Virus record (IMG/VR): IMGVR_UViG_3300005533_000002
Coordinates: 1 to 64,000 of that record
DNA: 64,000 nt
Strand: one strand, 5' to 3'
From: a virus
Below the pieces are notes generated by a model. The model had not been told where the DNA came from, made no database searches, and worked only from the letters and a program-made list of their open reading frames with translations. Positions 1-9,700 of this stretch are shown here, in pieces. How positions within the stretch are numbered: position 1 is the first letter of the stretch; every line of letters starts with the position of its first letter. The translations under genes and the position numbers were made by a program.

Positions 1-309
1 GCGTTTGATTTCGTCCGTGGTTTCCTTGTACATTTCGCGGACATTCTTCACGCTGTCGGACTGGGCGACATTCATTCCGCCCATGCTGCCGCTAACCTTG
101 TTCCGCAGCTGGCCTTCAAGAACCATCAGCAGATGTCGCTTGGTGTACAGGTATTGCAGGAATGGGAAGATGCTCGCCTTCACTGCATAGAAGCTCCACC
201 ACAGCGGGATGTTCGGGGTCAGCACATCCAGTTCCGGACGCGAACGAGCGTCCAAAGTCGCGCCGACTTCAAGGAGAATCGAGTTTTGCCAGTCGGTTGC
301 GACGGGCAT
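1..309 (-). CDS. Putative head-tail connector/head completion protein (3' end beyond window)
   Basis: Open frame MPVATDWQNSILLEVG...KETTDEIKR running off the left edge, downstream of the capsid gene; not in ORF track; function from position only. Confidence 0.5.
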   Translation of the reverse strand, partial: MPVATDWQNSILLEVGATLDARSRPELDVLTPNIPLWWSFYAVKASIFPFLQYLYTKRHLLMVLEGQLRNKVSGSMGGMNVAQSDSVKNVREMYKETTDEIKR

Positions 310-320
310 GGTTCCACCGA

Positions 321-533
321 TTAATGCGGGGCGCCGATCTGGCCAACCGTTCCCCTGCCATTCAAGTTTTCGCCCACATACACCTTGACGACATGACCGC
401 TGGCCGTTTTAAAAAACATCTCGTCGGGATGGCCGCCAGCCGATTCGCCGCGCACAGCCGAAGACAAAGCGGAACCGTCTACCGGGTCCGTAAAACCTGC
501 TTTGGCTGTCGCGAGGCGGACGTTGCTGATCAT
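321..533 (-). CDS. Hypothetical protein, head operon
   Basis: 70-aa ORF tightly packed in the minus-strand operon. Confidence 0.6.
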   Translation of the reverse strand: MISNVRLATAKAGFTDPVDGSALSSAVRGESAGGHPDEMFFKTASGHVVKVYVGENLNGRGTVGQIGAPH

Positions 534-540
534 GGCTCAC

Positions 541-1164
541 CTACTTGGTGCCGTGGTTGACCTGCCGCGCCGGCGAGGGCTTCCCGCCTGGGGGCGGTTG
601 AAGATTGACACCAGTGCTCGTTTGCGGGGCCTCAACGGCCGGCGCCGCAGCGGCGGCGTTTGCTGCCTTGGTTTCCGTGATCGCGTGGGCAATAACGTTC
701 CGCTGCAACAGCTCGGACATCTGTTGCTTGAGGGCCTCGATTTCGGCTTGCTGCTGAGCGATTTTCTCTTCATTCGAACCAACCAAGGCCGTGCTCACCG
801 GCTTCTCTAGATCGAGCCGTTCCGATTGGGATTCGTGGGCGGTCGCCGGACGAATGGCTCCGAGAATCTGAAGGCGATGGATGGCCGCCAAGCATTCCTG
901 TTCGTTCAGGCGCCGCTCCTCCGTGATGAGATGCTCGAAACGCCCCGTGTCCTTGTTCAGAACCTTCTTCGTCACCTGGATGACTTGACGGTCATCGGTG
1001 AAGAAGCGCGTTCCTTCAACAACGTCCCCGCGCGCCCACAGCGGACCGACACCGCTATGCAGCACCACATACTTGGCCGTCAGAACTGGATGGCTGAAAG
1101 ACTGGACGGCCGGCGCCTGGGCGATGGCGTCGGCCGTCGCAACTTGTTGACTCGTCGCCTGCAT
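541..1164 (-). CDS. Hypothetical virion-associated protein with C-terminal coiled coil
   Basis: 207 aa, downstream of capsid gene, AAGGGG upstream. Confidence 0.65.
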   Translation of the reverse strand: MQATSQQVATADAIAQAPAVQSFSHPVLTAKYVVLHSGVGPLWARGDVVEGTRFFTDDRQVIQVTKKVLNKDTGRFEHLITEERRLNEQECLAAIHRLQILGAIRPATAHESQSERLDLEKPVSTALVGSNEEKIAQQQAEIEALKQQMSELLQRNVIAHAITETKAANAAAAAPAVEAPQTSTGVNLQPPPGGKPSPARQVNHGTK

Positions 1165-1183
1165 GGAAAACCCCTTTGTTGCT

Positions 1184-1256
1184 TGGAGGCCGGAGCTGGG
1201 TTCAAACCAGCAACCATTCCCTTATCAGGGACCGCTCTCCCTTGGCGTACCCGGCC
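1184..1256 (-). tRNA. Degenerate tRNA-like element (Ile-GAT-like) with encoded CCA
   Basis: Acceptor GGCCGGG/TCCGGCC, T discriminator, CCA; T-arm GCTGG-TTTGAAC-CCAGC; anticodon loop region CTGATAA with imperfect stem. Confidence 0.5.
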
Positions 1257-1261
1257 GTTGG

Positions 1262-2293
1262 TTACACGTTCATCACGACGATTGCGCTGGGGAAGTAAAT
1301 AACCGGGCCTCCGTTGTGGCCGTCATGAATTTCAATCAGACGCGGCACCTTCACCTCACCCCAGTCCACGACTTTCATGTACGGACCGGCGGCCACGTCA
1401 GCGTTGTTCGCATTGCGAACCATGCGGTACTCACCGATAACCTGCCCGGCGGGTCGTTCGCCTACCACGATGACGGTGTTCTTCGGGATGAAGGTCTGGA
1501 AGTTGCCAAACTCATCGAAGTAGCCGTCATCGTAGACGTAGATTTCCGGCAGGTCGTCACCCGTGAGCAGTTGGTTGATGCCCTGCAAATTATTGAACGT
1601 CCCGAGTCCAGCGGTGCGGCGGCCGTAGATATCGGCGTTGTTCGTATTGGCCCGAAGGTTGTTGAACGTCTGCCGATTCATGTATGCCTTGGCCACGGCG
1701 CCAAAGTCCACGCTGTGGCCACGGTGCAGAAGCTGCACGGTCGAGAAGTCGGCCAACGGCGTTGAGCTGGCTGCCGTGGCCCACGTTGTGGCCGCTGTGA
1801 AAGTCTGAATCGGGAAGCTGTCCGTATGGACGATCGGGCTGCCGCCCGCAACGCTGGGGGCCGCAGGAACCGAGAACGTGCCCGTGGCGAGCAACGTCCA
1901 GATGATGTACTCGACTCGGTCGAGCCGGCGCTGCAAAAGCTGGTCTTGCCGCTCCAGGACCAAATCGCTGATGTTGATCGGGGTGCCGAACGTGCCAGGA
2001 GCACGCCGCTGCGTGATCTCCTGCTCGTTGATCGGGATGTACTCGCCGTAGTAACCGGGAGCGTAGATGTACTGCTTGAGGCCGACCGGTTGCACCTTCG
2101 GGGGCGCACCGTTGAGGCCGCGAATCTGCTGAAGGCCACGGAAGTTATCGAGCTGCTCCCACGTCAGGAAAGCAGCGTCCAGCGTTCGGATCGGGAAGAA
2201 ATCGAACACCGGGCGATCGGCGGTCAATCGCGGCATTTTGTCCTGCGCGATTGCCATGATTTCTTGGTTCGTTGGATACGTGAATGCTGCCAT
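1262..2293 (-). CDS. Major capsid protein, lambda gpE-like family
   Basis: 343 aa; follows scaffold and decoration genes; RRLDRVEYIIWTLLATG and IYVYDDGY...FIPKNTV resemble Phage_cap_E proteins. Confidence 0.85.
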   Translation of the reverse strand: MAAFTYPTNQEIMAIAQDKMPRLTADRPVFDFFPIRTLDAAFLTWEQLDNFRGLQQIRGLNGAPPKVQPVGLKQYIYAPGYYGEYIPINEQEITQRRAPGTFGTPINISDLVLERQDQLLQRRLDRVEYIIWTLLATGTFSVPAAPSVAGGSPIVHTDSFPIQTFTAATTWATAASSTPLADFSTVQLLHRGHSVDFGAVAKAYMNRQTFNNLRANTNNADIYGRRTAGLGTFNNLQGINQLLTGDDLPEIYVYDDGYFDEFGNFQTFIPKNTVIVVGERPAGQVIGEYRMVRNANNADVAAGPYMKVVDWGEVKVPRLIEIHDGHNGGPVIYFPSAIVVMNV

Positions 2294-2367
2294 TGCTGCT
2301 TTCTCCGGTGGGCGAAGGGCGCCAGGTTTTCAAGGCCTGGCACCCTCCGGGGGCGATGTTCCTCTGG

Positions 2368-3438
2368 TTACGTGAGCCGAATGATTCCGCCGTTCGGTGC
2401 GGCGATGTCGCCTTGCACCAATCGGCCCAACAGGTTGACTGCGTTCATGTCCAGGCCAACAAGATCCTGTGTGCGGAAGTAGCCCTTGAAGAACGCCGGG
2501 CACGTCTTTGCTGTCTGGCCAAACCCGCCTGCGCCTTGGCCGCCGGTCTGCCAGCCGAAAGTAAGGTTGCCGTTGGCGTCCGAAGCCACGTCGAATTGCA
2601 GGATGCACTTGGGAATCTGGCTGCCGTCGCTATTGCTGGCGTTGTAGGCCGCGTACTGGCCCGGTGTGCCAGCGGCTCCGGTAGTCGTGTGCGTGTTGAT
2701 GACTGCCGGCGAACTGGTGCCAGTCAGGGCCGACGCCACAGTCATGGCCGTCACCGACTGATTGCCCAGAGCGTTTTGGAAGTTGACAACCACGGGGGTT
2801 CCGGGCAAAGCGCCGCCTGTACAGGAGACGTTCGACGGACCGCCAGGACCGACCTGAGTTAGAGTCGCCGTACCGGCACCCTGAAGCTGAGTCGTATTCA
2901 GCCCAAGGTTCGGCACAAACTGGTTGGCCAAGTTGCCCTGGAACGTGATGGTGACGGCCGTCGTGTTGAGGGCGCCGCCTGTACACGTCACGTTGCCGGA
3001 ACCGATGTTCGGCAGAGCGGCCAGAGCCGTTTGTACCGTAGAGGCGGCGGCGTTGTAAGCAATGGGCGCCGTCGCGTTGCTGCCGAGCGACAGGATGATG
3101 TTCCCGCCGGTGAAGCTGGACAGCGAGAGCGATTGGACATTGTTCGAACCAAGATTGGGCAGGGCCAGCAGTGCCGCCTGAACTTGGGCTGCCGTGGCGT
3201 TCCAGTTGAGCGCCGACGTGGTGTAAGAGCCAAGCGTCAAGGTGAACGTGCCGCCCGTGGCTGTGCCCGTGACAGACAGCGTCTGCACATCGTTGTTGCC
3301 GATCTGCTCGCCAAGCACGGTTCCCTTGGTCAGGGTTTGGCTGGGTGCAAGCGTGATGGGCAGGACTTCGGCTTCATTCTGGTCATACGCCGGAATGACG
3401 CCAGTTTGGAAGAAATAATTGCTCGGTGCGAGAGGCAT
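2368..3438 (-). CDS. Head decoration protein (gpD-like) with two inserted beta-rich domains
   Basis: LTKGTVLG and YAAYNASNSDGSQIPKCIL...AFFKGYF decoration motifs flank Thr/Gly-rich GGTFTLT...NATAAQVQAALLALPN repeats. Confidence 0.7.
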   Translation of the reverse strand: MPLAPSNYFFQTGVIPAYDQNEAEVLPITLAPSQTLTKGTVLGEQIGNNDVQTLSVTGTATGGTFTLTLGSYTTSALNWNATAAQVQAALLALPNLGSNNVQSLSLSSFTGGNIILSLGSNATAPIAYNAAASTVQTALAALPNIGSGNVTCTGGALNTTAVTITFQGNLANQFVPNLGLNTTQLQGAGTATLTQVGPGGPSNVSCTGGALPGTPVVVNFQNALGNQSVTAMTVASALTGTSSPAVINTHTTTGAAGTPGQYAAYNASNSDGSQIPKCILQFDVASDANGNLTFGWQTGGQGAGGFGQTAKTCPAFFKGYFRTQDLVGLDMNAVNLLGRLVQGDIAAPNGGIIRLT

Positions 3439-3451
3439 GGAAGGTCTCCGG

Positions 3452-4825
3452 TTAGTTCTTGCTCCCTGCCAGGATGGACATTCCCAGCGGAGTCAAACCC
3501 AGAAGTTCGCGCTTGCGTTCGTCGCTCATGTTGGCGTTGCTCTTGTCCGGCGTACCAGCCTGCGACAGCAGCACCTGGACGTTCTGATTGTTGCCGAGAA
3601 GCTCTTGCGTCAGCTTGTGCGGCAACCGTGCCGCATAAGCGCCCTGCAGGGCTGCCACACGAGAGGTCTTGCCGCCGTTGAAATCGACCGTGCCACCAAG
3701 CTTGTGATCGGCCTCGGCGGCTAGCTTGTACAAGTCGATGAGATGCTGCTTTTCCGCCGGCATGGCTCGGTTTTCGGCGATGGTCGTATCGGCGAAATGG
3801 ACGGCGTCGGCTGCGATTTTCTCGGTTCGCAGCTTCTCGAATTGGGCCGCTTGCTCAGTTTTTGCCTTCTCCGCTTCGGCAAGCTGGGCTCTGAGGGCGA
3901 GCACCGCCGGGTTTTGTTCGTCTTCAGCAGAGAACTGATAGCCCTTCTGGCCGGCGCTTACTGTGCTGGTCGCCATCGCTGGCGTACCCGTTTGCAACGG
4001 CTTGCCATTTTCATCAACCCTGACCGGTTGGAAATTGCACTTTGCGCCCACCTTGCTGGAAGCATCGTGGATCACCTGGAGAGCATCGCGCTCGGAACCG
4101 TGCATAAACATGGCTTGGCACAGGGCCGCGAAGTCCGCCGGGTCATCAACAGACATATCGCTACGGGTCTTGCCCGAGCCCTTTTCGTCGGCATCCTTGG
4201 AACTCGACTTGTTCTCGCCGCCGCCAGTGTCCTCGACTTCGGCCGGCGTCTTGCAGAGCGAGCCATGATGCGCCGTGAGATCGTGGATCTGCTGCAAGGC
4301 CATCTGGCCGTGCTCGGTCCGGTAGCCGTCGTCAGCCTTCTTGAACTCGGCAAAGGCGACATCCAGGTCCGGCGTTGCCGCAGCGCCCTCTACACGCGGC
4401 TTGGTGACGAGGCCAACATGGGCGATACGCTTGGTGGCCCGATCCCACGAAACCGAGAGCGGAATGGGCTGATCCTTGTACAGATCGTGCAGCCACCGGG
4501 GCAGCAACACTTTGCCGGACATGGTTGCTTCTTTGTCGCCGTCCTGATACTCGGCCCGAATAAACTCGCCCAGCTTGCCATCCAGGATGCTGTCTTTGTG
4601 CTCGATTTTCAGGGGGGCTGGCTTTTTGAAGTCGGCTATGGCTAGCCGTAGCTCGTCCTTGGTCATGCTGAAGTTCTTGTCCGGATAGTTGCCCGACTTG
4701 AACACAAGAGGCGCCCGGCGGATGACGTAGCGGCCATACGGAACGGCGGACTGGGCATCGGCCGCGAAATCAACTTGTGCGAACTCGCTCATGAATGGTG
4801 TCCTCGTGCCAGTCCAGTTGCTCAA
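3452..4825 (-). CDS. Prohead protease/scaffold fusion (Mu gpI-like)
   Basis: VFKSGNYPDK, APLKIEH, LSVSW, HVGLVTKPRVEG protease-like N-terminus; coiled-coil C-terminus; upstream of decoration/capsid; start may be ATG ~4792. Confidence 0.75.
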   Translation of the reverse strand: MSNWTGTRTPFMSEFAQVDFAADAQSAVPYGRYVIRRAPLVFKSGNYPDKNFSMTKDELRLAIADFKKPAPLKIEHKDSILDGKLGEFIRAEYQDGDKEATMSGKVLLPRWLHDLYKDQPIPLSVSWDRATKRIAHVGLVTKPRVEGAAATPDLDVAFAEFKKADDGYRTEHGQMALQQIHDLTAHHGSLCKTPAEVEDTGGGENKSSSKDADEKGSGKTRSDMSVDDPADFAALCQAMFMHGSERDALQVIHDASSKVGAKCNFQPVRVDENGKPLQTGTPAMATSTVSAGQKGYQFSAEDEQNPAVLALRAQLAEAEKAKTEQAAQFEKLRTEKIAADAVHFADTTIAENRAMPAEKQHLIDLYKLAAEADHKLGGTVDFNGGKTSRVAALQGAYAARLPHKLTQELLGNNQNVQVLLSQAGTPDKSNANMSDERKRELLGLTPLGMSILAGSKN

Positions 4826-4984
4826 GGTTTTGAGTGACTCAGTTACTCATTTTGTTTTCTCAGAACAAAGTCGGTGGTTCAATGCCTCGACAAACCCGGC
4901 GCCGCTTTCCACACAATGGCAAAGTGGCTCCTGGCGAATACAACTGTCCCTGGACGACAGAAAATGAACTGGTATAATTTGTCT

Positions 4985-5188
4985 ATGTCCAAAGTCAGCC
5001 ACAATGAACCAGATAATCACGAAGGCTTCGTGACAGTCCGAGAGGCTGCCACATATCTCCACCTGGGAATCAATTCGGTTTACCGACTAATCCAATCTCG
5101 ATTGTTGCCATCGGCGCGATTCGGTTCGCGCTCGGTGCGGATTCCACGCAAAGCGCTGTACGAATACGCGGAGAAGAGCTTGCAATGA
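4985..5188 (+). CDS. Excisionase-like HTH DNA-binding protein
   Basis: TVREAATYLHLGINSVYRLIQSRLLPSARFGSRSVRIP matches HTH_17/Xis pattern. Confidence 0.8.
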   Translation: MSKVSHNEPDNHEGFVTVREAATYLHLGINSVYRLIQSRLLPSARFGSRSVRIPRKALYEYAEKSLQ

Positions 5189-5676
5189 GCACTGAAGGTA
5201 GCGACGTGCGCATCCGCGAAATGGACAGGCCGCTGCAAATCTGGTCTTGCATCTACTTCCTTGTTGGAAATAGCAAGCTTATTTACATCGGCAAGGCCAC
5301 AGAGTTGTATCGGCGCGTCCTGTGCAGCAATCACCACGTATTCCGGGAAGATAAGGTAGACCGCATATTCTACATCCAGATCCCCGGAGCCAACGGCGCG
5401 GAGCTGGAAGCGATCGAGAGGGTTTTGATTCGGCGATTCGCTCCCATAGAAAACACAACGGTTTCCAGGGCCGGACCAAAAGACGTTGCGGTGTACCATT
5501 CCCTGGTAGGCGACTGGGCGATAGACCAGCTCATGAAGATGTTCAAAGAACACGCAATCGACCCCTTTTCAACAGACAAGCATCTTTCCTTCAAAGAGAT
5601 CGGAGAGATAGCAAAGTTAATGGCCGCAAAACAAAAAGCGGAAGATGCTATTGAACAGATAGAGGAGAAACATTGA
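5185..5676 (+). CDS. GIY-YIG nuclease domain protein
   Basis: CIYFL...LIYIGKATELYRR...H...EAIERVLIRRFAPIEN. Confidence 0.75.
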   Translation: MSTEGSDVRIREMDRPLQIWSCIYFLVGNSKLIYIGKATELYRRVLCSNHHVFREDKVDRIFYIQIPGANGAELEAIERVLIRRFAPIENTTVSRAGPKDVAVYHSLVGDWAIDQLMKMFKEHAIDPFSTDKHLSFKEIGEIAKLMAAKQKAEDAIEQIEEKH

Positions 5677-5858
5677 TGCTCTGGCAAGTCTTCAGCGGCG
5701 AACAGTACCTCGGACTAGTCTTTGGGGACGATGACGACGAAGCCATTCGCCGAGCATCCGGCAAATGGGCGATGGCCGGACTGACGGTACGTCCCGTCCT
5801 CTATCGGCACGAGAACAAAGCGGAATACGAACCCGTCCTGCCGGTCTACGAAGCATAA
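5673..5858 (+). CDS. Hypothetical protein
   Basis: Coupled to upstream stop; GAGGAG RBS. Confidence 0.6.
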   Translation: MMLWQVFSGEQYLGLVFGDDDDEAIRRASGKWAMAGLTVRPVLYRHENKAEYEPVLPVYEA

Positions 5859-5931
5859 TCCGCACTAGCGGCATTTCTGACTTGACTTCACCAATCGATG
5901 AGTTACAATTTGAGTAACAGGAGAGTCAAAC

Positions 5932-6063
5932 ATGCCGCACGCAACCGAAATCGTTCTGCCGGAACCAATCGAAACTCAAGTTGACGAGCGCATTGCCAGC
6001 CGCACGGCCGAACGTTTTGAAAGCCTCGTGGCTGACTTAGCGTCTATTTGGGAAGGAGAGTAA
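5932..6063 (+). CDS. Small hypothetical protein (43 aa)
   Basis: AGGAGAG RBS; MPHATEIVLPEP...IWEGE; below ORF-track cutoff. Confidence 0.5.
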   Translation: MPHATEIVLPEPIETQVDERIASRTAERFESLVADLASIWEGE

Positions 6064-6066
6064 TTC

Positions 6067-6378
6067 ATGCTCGCTCTCAGAATTGTGCTGACGACTATTC
6101 TGCTCTCTACGCGCGTAGTGGACTTCGTCTGTACGAGGTATCTGCTTTTGTCGATGCCGCAGGACGCCACAGAAGCCAATCCACTGGCAAATGCCGTGCT
6201 GCAAAGTTTTGGCTGGTTCGGACTGGCCATCTACGTGGCCGCCGGGGCGATGTCGGCAACCGTCGTCTTCTGGTATGCCTGCGCCAAGCGGCCCGCGACC
6301 GGATACGTGGGACTGGCCATCGCAACGGGAGTATCGTTCGGGGTAGCCTGTTACCAGATGTGCCTACTGTCGATATGA
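6067..6378 (+). CDS. Small membrane protein (DUF5658-like)
   Basis: VDFVCTRYLL...EANPLA motif and hydrophobic helices. Confidence 0.6.
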   Translation: MLALRIVLTTILLSTRVVDFVCTRYLLLSMPQDATEANPLANAVLQSFGWFGLAIYVAAGAMSATVVFWYACAKRPATGYVGLAIATGVSFGVACYQMCLLSI

Positions 6379-6386
6379 GGTGCGCT

Positions 6387-6674
6387 ATGCAGCCATCGGT
6401 CGAGCAGCTCGCCTACCGAGAAGCATTAGAGATGCACGAACGCGAACAGACAGACGCACGCTTCGTCGCACTCACAATGGCCGAAACCAACCTCCTCCGA
6501 TGGGCGCAGAAAGCCATTGCAGCGATGCCAGGGCCGCCCGAGCTGCGTCGGCAATCGATGTTCGCCTTCGCGGCCGCGTGCGTTCCCGAGCTTCGTGGCG
6601 AGCTGATTGAATTCTGCGCCAAACTTGATGCCGTGTGGCTAGATCCAGAAATTGCGGCAAGGTATCAGCGTTGA
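6387..6674 (+). CDS. Hypothetical protein
   Basis: GAGGTG RBS before ATG 6387 within track ORF 6048..6674. Confidence 0.55.
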   Translation: MQPSVEQLAYREALEMHEREQTDARFVALTMAETNLLRWAQKAIAAMPGPPELRRQSMFAFAAACVPELRGELIEFCAKLDAVWLDPEIAARYQR

Positions 6675-6751
6675 GCTGTCTCCTGGGCACGCTTGTTGCG
6701 TGTCGGGGTGGCAGGAAGTGGGCCGGTGGGCTGGCGAGCCTCACCGGCCTT

Positions 6752-9700
6752 TTATTTCGCCATTTTCGATGAACGGGCAACAGCAATCCCATAGCGAATA
6801 TACTTGTTGCCATCGATATCCTTATCGTGCCAGTTGTCCAGGAACTTGGACTCTTCAATCATTACGCGGCCCGGCGCCTGGATGCTGCCGCTCTTGCGCG
6901 TGACGTTGTCCTCGCTGGAATCTTGGCAAAACACCAAGCCCAAATTTACGCCGATGACGGTTAGATAGTGTCCGTAAGCGAACTTCGCTTGGGCGGGAAC
7001 TTCGGGGCCGTAGTCCTGAACCGGGCAGATCACAGGCATGCCGGCAAGCCAGTAGCGGCGAAGATCCTCTAAAGTCAAACCGTCGCGAGCCTCAACGCTC
7101 AAGCCAAGTGATTGGAGCACTTCCACGATGGCTGCCGGCCTCGTGGACTGTTCAACGTTCGTGCCCAGAAGCTTCTTCCACTCTTCAAGCGTTGCCGGTC
7201 CGACGCCGAAGTAACGGCCCACACACATGGTCGCAGCCGCTCCGCAATTGCTAATGCAGACATTATTGACTACAATCCATCCAAGAGGAGACTCAAAATC
7301 GTACACGGGGCCGCTGTAATGGAAATTCCTAATCTCGACAATCTCATCCAAGAATATTTGTCCGGAATCTCCCTCGAGAAGCTTGCTCGCCAACACGGCA
7401 TCGGGGAGAAGGCTTTGTCCAGCGCATTCCGAAAGCGCGGCGTTCAGCTCAGAAGCTGGGCCGAAGCAGGCCGCTTGGTGTGGCGCAGAATGAGCCAAGC
7501 CGACAGGAAGAGGCAAGTTGCTGCCGCCCACCAAGCGACCAGGGGTAGCGTTCGATCCTTGGAAAGCAGACTTCAGGCCGCCGCCACATTGCAAAGAACA
7601 CTTGCGCGCACCGGAAACAACGAGATCACCTTGGCCGAATCGCTTAGAAGCCTCGGATATGACGTTGTTCGTCAATTTGCTGTAGGAACCTACAACTTGG
7701 ATATTGCCATCGAATTGCTTGGCGTCGCCGTGGAAGTCGAAAGCAAAAGCTGTAGCTTCAACTGGAAAAACTACCCCGGAGATGTTGAGGAGCGTACCAA
7801 ATACCTTCTCAACAACGGCTGGAGCGTGTTGTTTGTGGTTACTCGCGGATGCGGCCTCATCTTTCCCAACATAGTGCAAAAGACTCTGTCCTTTTTTGAG
7901 TTGGCCGGCAGGAACAAACCCTTCAACGGTCAGTATGGGATGATTAGGGGTAACGGAAAGAATCGCGCCGGAAACAGTTTTGAATTCAACGGTTTGCCCC
8001 GTGTACCTGGCTTTTGAACCGCCGATCACGCGCCCCTGCAACTCTTGGCCGGGCAAAATGCAGCTGTAATGATCGTGCTGGACGATGTCTGGAACGTTGA
8101 GAATGGCTGGACTGCCAGCGGCAAACGGCGCCTCTTCTAGCTCGCGGCGAGGTTTCTTGGCCCAGCTCTTTTCCTTGCCCGCCCTAGAGCCATGCTCAGC
8201 CAAGTGATTGAAGGCTTGCTCGTATGCTTCGGATTCGGTCATCTTTTGTGGATTGCCACGAACCAGCATGTCAAACAACTTGCTCTCTGCCTTCTCGGCG
8301 TCAGTGCCAAGTATATGCGGATAGCTGTTCATCATGCTGCGTGTGAGAAGATCAAATCCCTTCAGCTTGCTTGGGTCCAGATTGCCGCCGGCGTTTCGCA
8401 TTGCCAAGCCCGTAACATCGCCAATGTCCCGAGCCTTGGAAATTTTTCTGGCCTCTTGAAGCATCTTGGCCACGTCACTGTTTGCTTCGGCGTCGTGAGC
8501 CAACATATCGGCCGCGAGCTGGTGTAAGTGCCGCGGGTTGAGTCCCTCTTGCCGAGCCCTTTTGCCCCATCTTGCCCTATCGTATTCGGCCGATTGCTTC
8601 TTTTCGGCGCGGCCCGACTGCTCTTCCGCCGGCTCTTTGAGGGCATCGATTTTTCGTCCGACCAGTCCGGGCGCACCCTTGGTTATCCGCCCGTCCTTGA
8701 TAAAGACGTGCGTTCCACCGCCCTTCTCGTCGCCTTGTCCCGAAGCACCAATTGTGATCCACTGACCATCTTCGTTGTCGGCGGAAAACTCTTTCCGATA
8801 GCCAAGCCTGTCTGGGTGCGGCAATGGTTTATTCAAGTCGCCATATTCCGGCCCGAACGATGTTACCCGCCACTTCTGGCGAGCGGCATCCGCCTTTTCT
8901 TCGCGGACGGCCCTCTTGAACATCTTTTGCGCTTTCTTTTGGGCCGAATCCTGGTTTCTGGCAAATTGCGAATCCTGTTCGATTCCATTGATGTACAGGC
9001 TCACCCAGTGACCCATCTGCAATTCGTCGGGATCGTCATCCAATCCGCCAGCCCTGGTGTGAACTTCAATTTGGGTTTCTGGACGAGTGAACCCCCGAAG
9101 AGAAAAACCAGGAACAGTAATCGCACGGCTGGTAACTGCTTCGCTTTCAGAGCCCGAAGGCTTTTCCGCTTCGCCTCCCGTCGCCGTCCACTTGCCATCT
9201 TCATCGCGCGGCTGATCATCCGAGTAGAAAGAGACCAACTTAGAGAACAACTCGGCCAAGTTCGTCTCGCCGCGTATAAACGCGGTTGCCATTCTTTCCA
9301 ATTCTTCTTCGGTAGGCGCGAAATGGCTGCCGTGCTCGTATGCCTTCTTGAACAAATACCCTTTAAGGGATTCCTTGACGCGCTGGTGCAGGTCCGAGCC
9401 GGGCTCGGCAATCGTTCGCTTGCCCGAAGGCAGATGGAATGACTTGTCAAGTTTCTTGTCAGAACAACTGGTGTATTTTTCTGACAGCAACTGCTCGTAA
9501 TACTCGAAAGCGTCACTGGTTAGCGGATACGGGGTCTGATGCTGGCCGAAATGAACCAAGCCGGCTTCCAGCATAATAATTTGCTCATCGCTAAAGCCGA
9601 GCCATTCCCTCAGATACTTCCATACTTTGCTGGGCATAGACTGGCGCGGTTCGCGTCCTGGCTTGGCAGCGGAAACGGGAACGTGGGCGGCCTGGACGCG

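Noticed and set aside
7112-7318. N-terminal extension of the antisense nuclease as given in the ORF track
   Set aside because: It extends outside the intein into the extein and looks like shadow sequence; ATG 7319 directly precedes the HTH.
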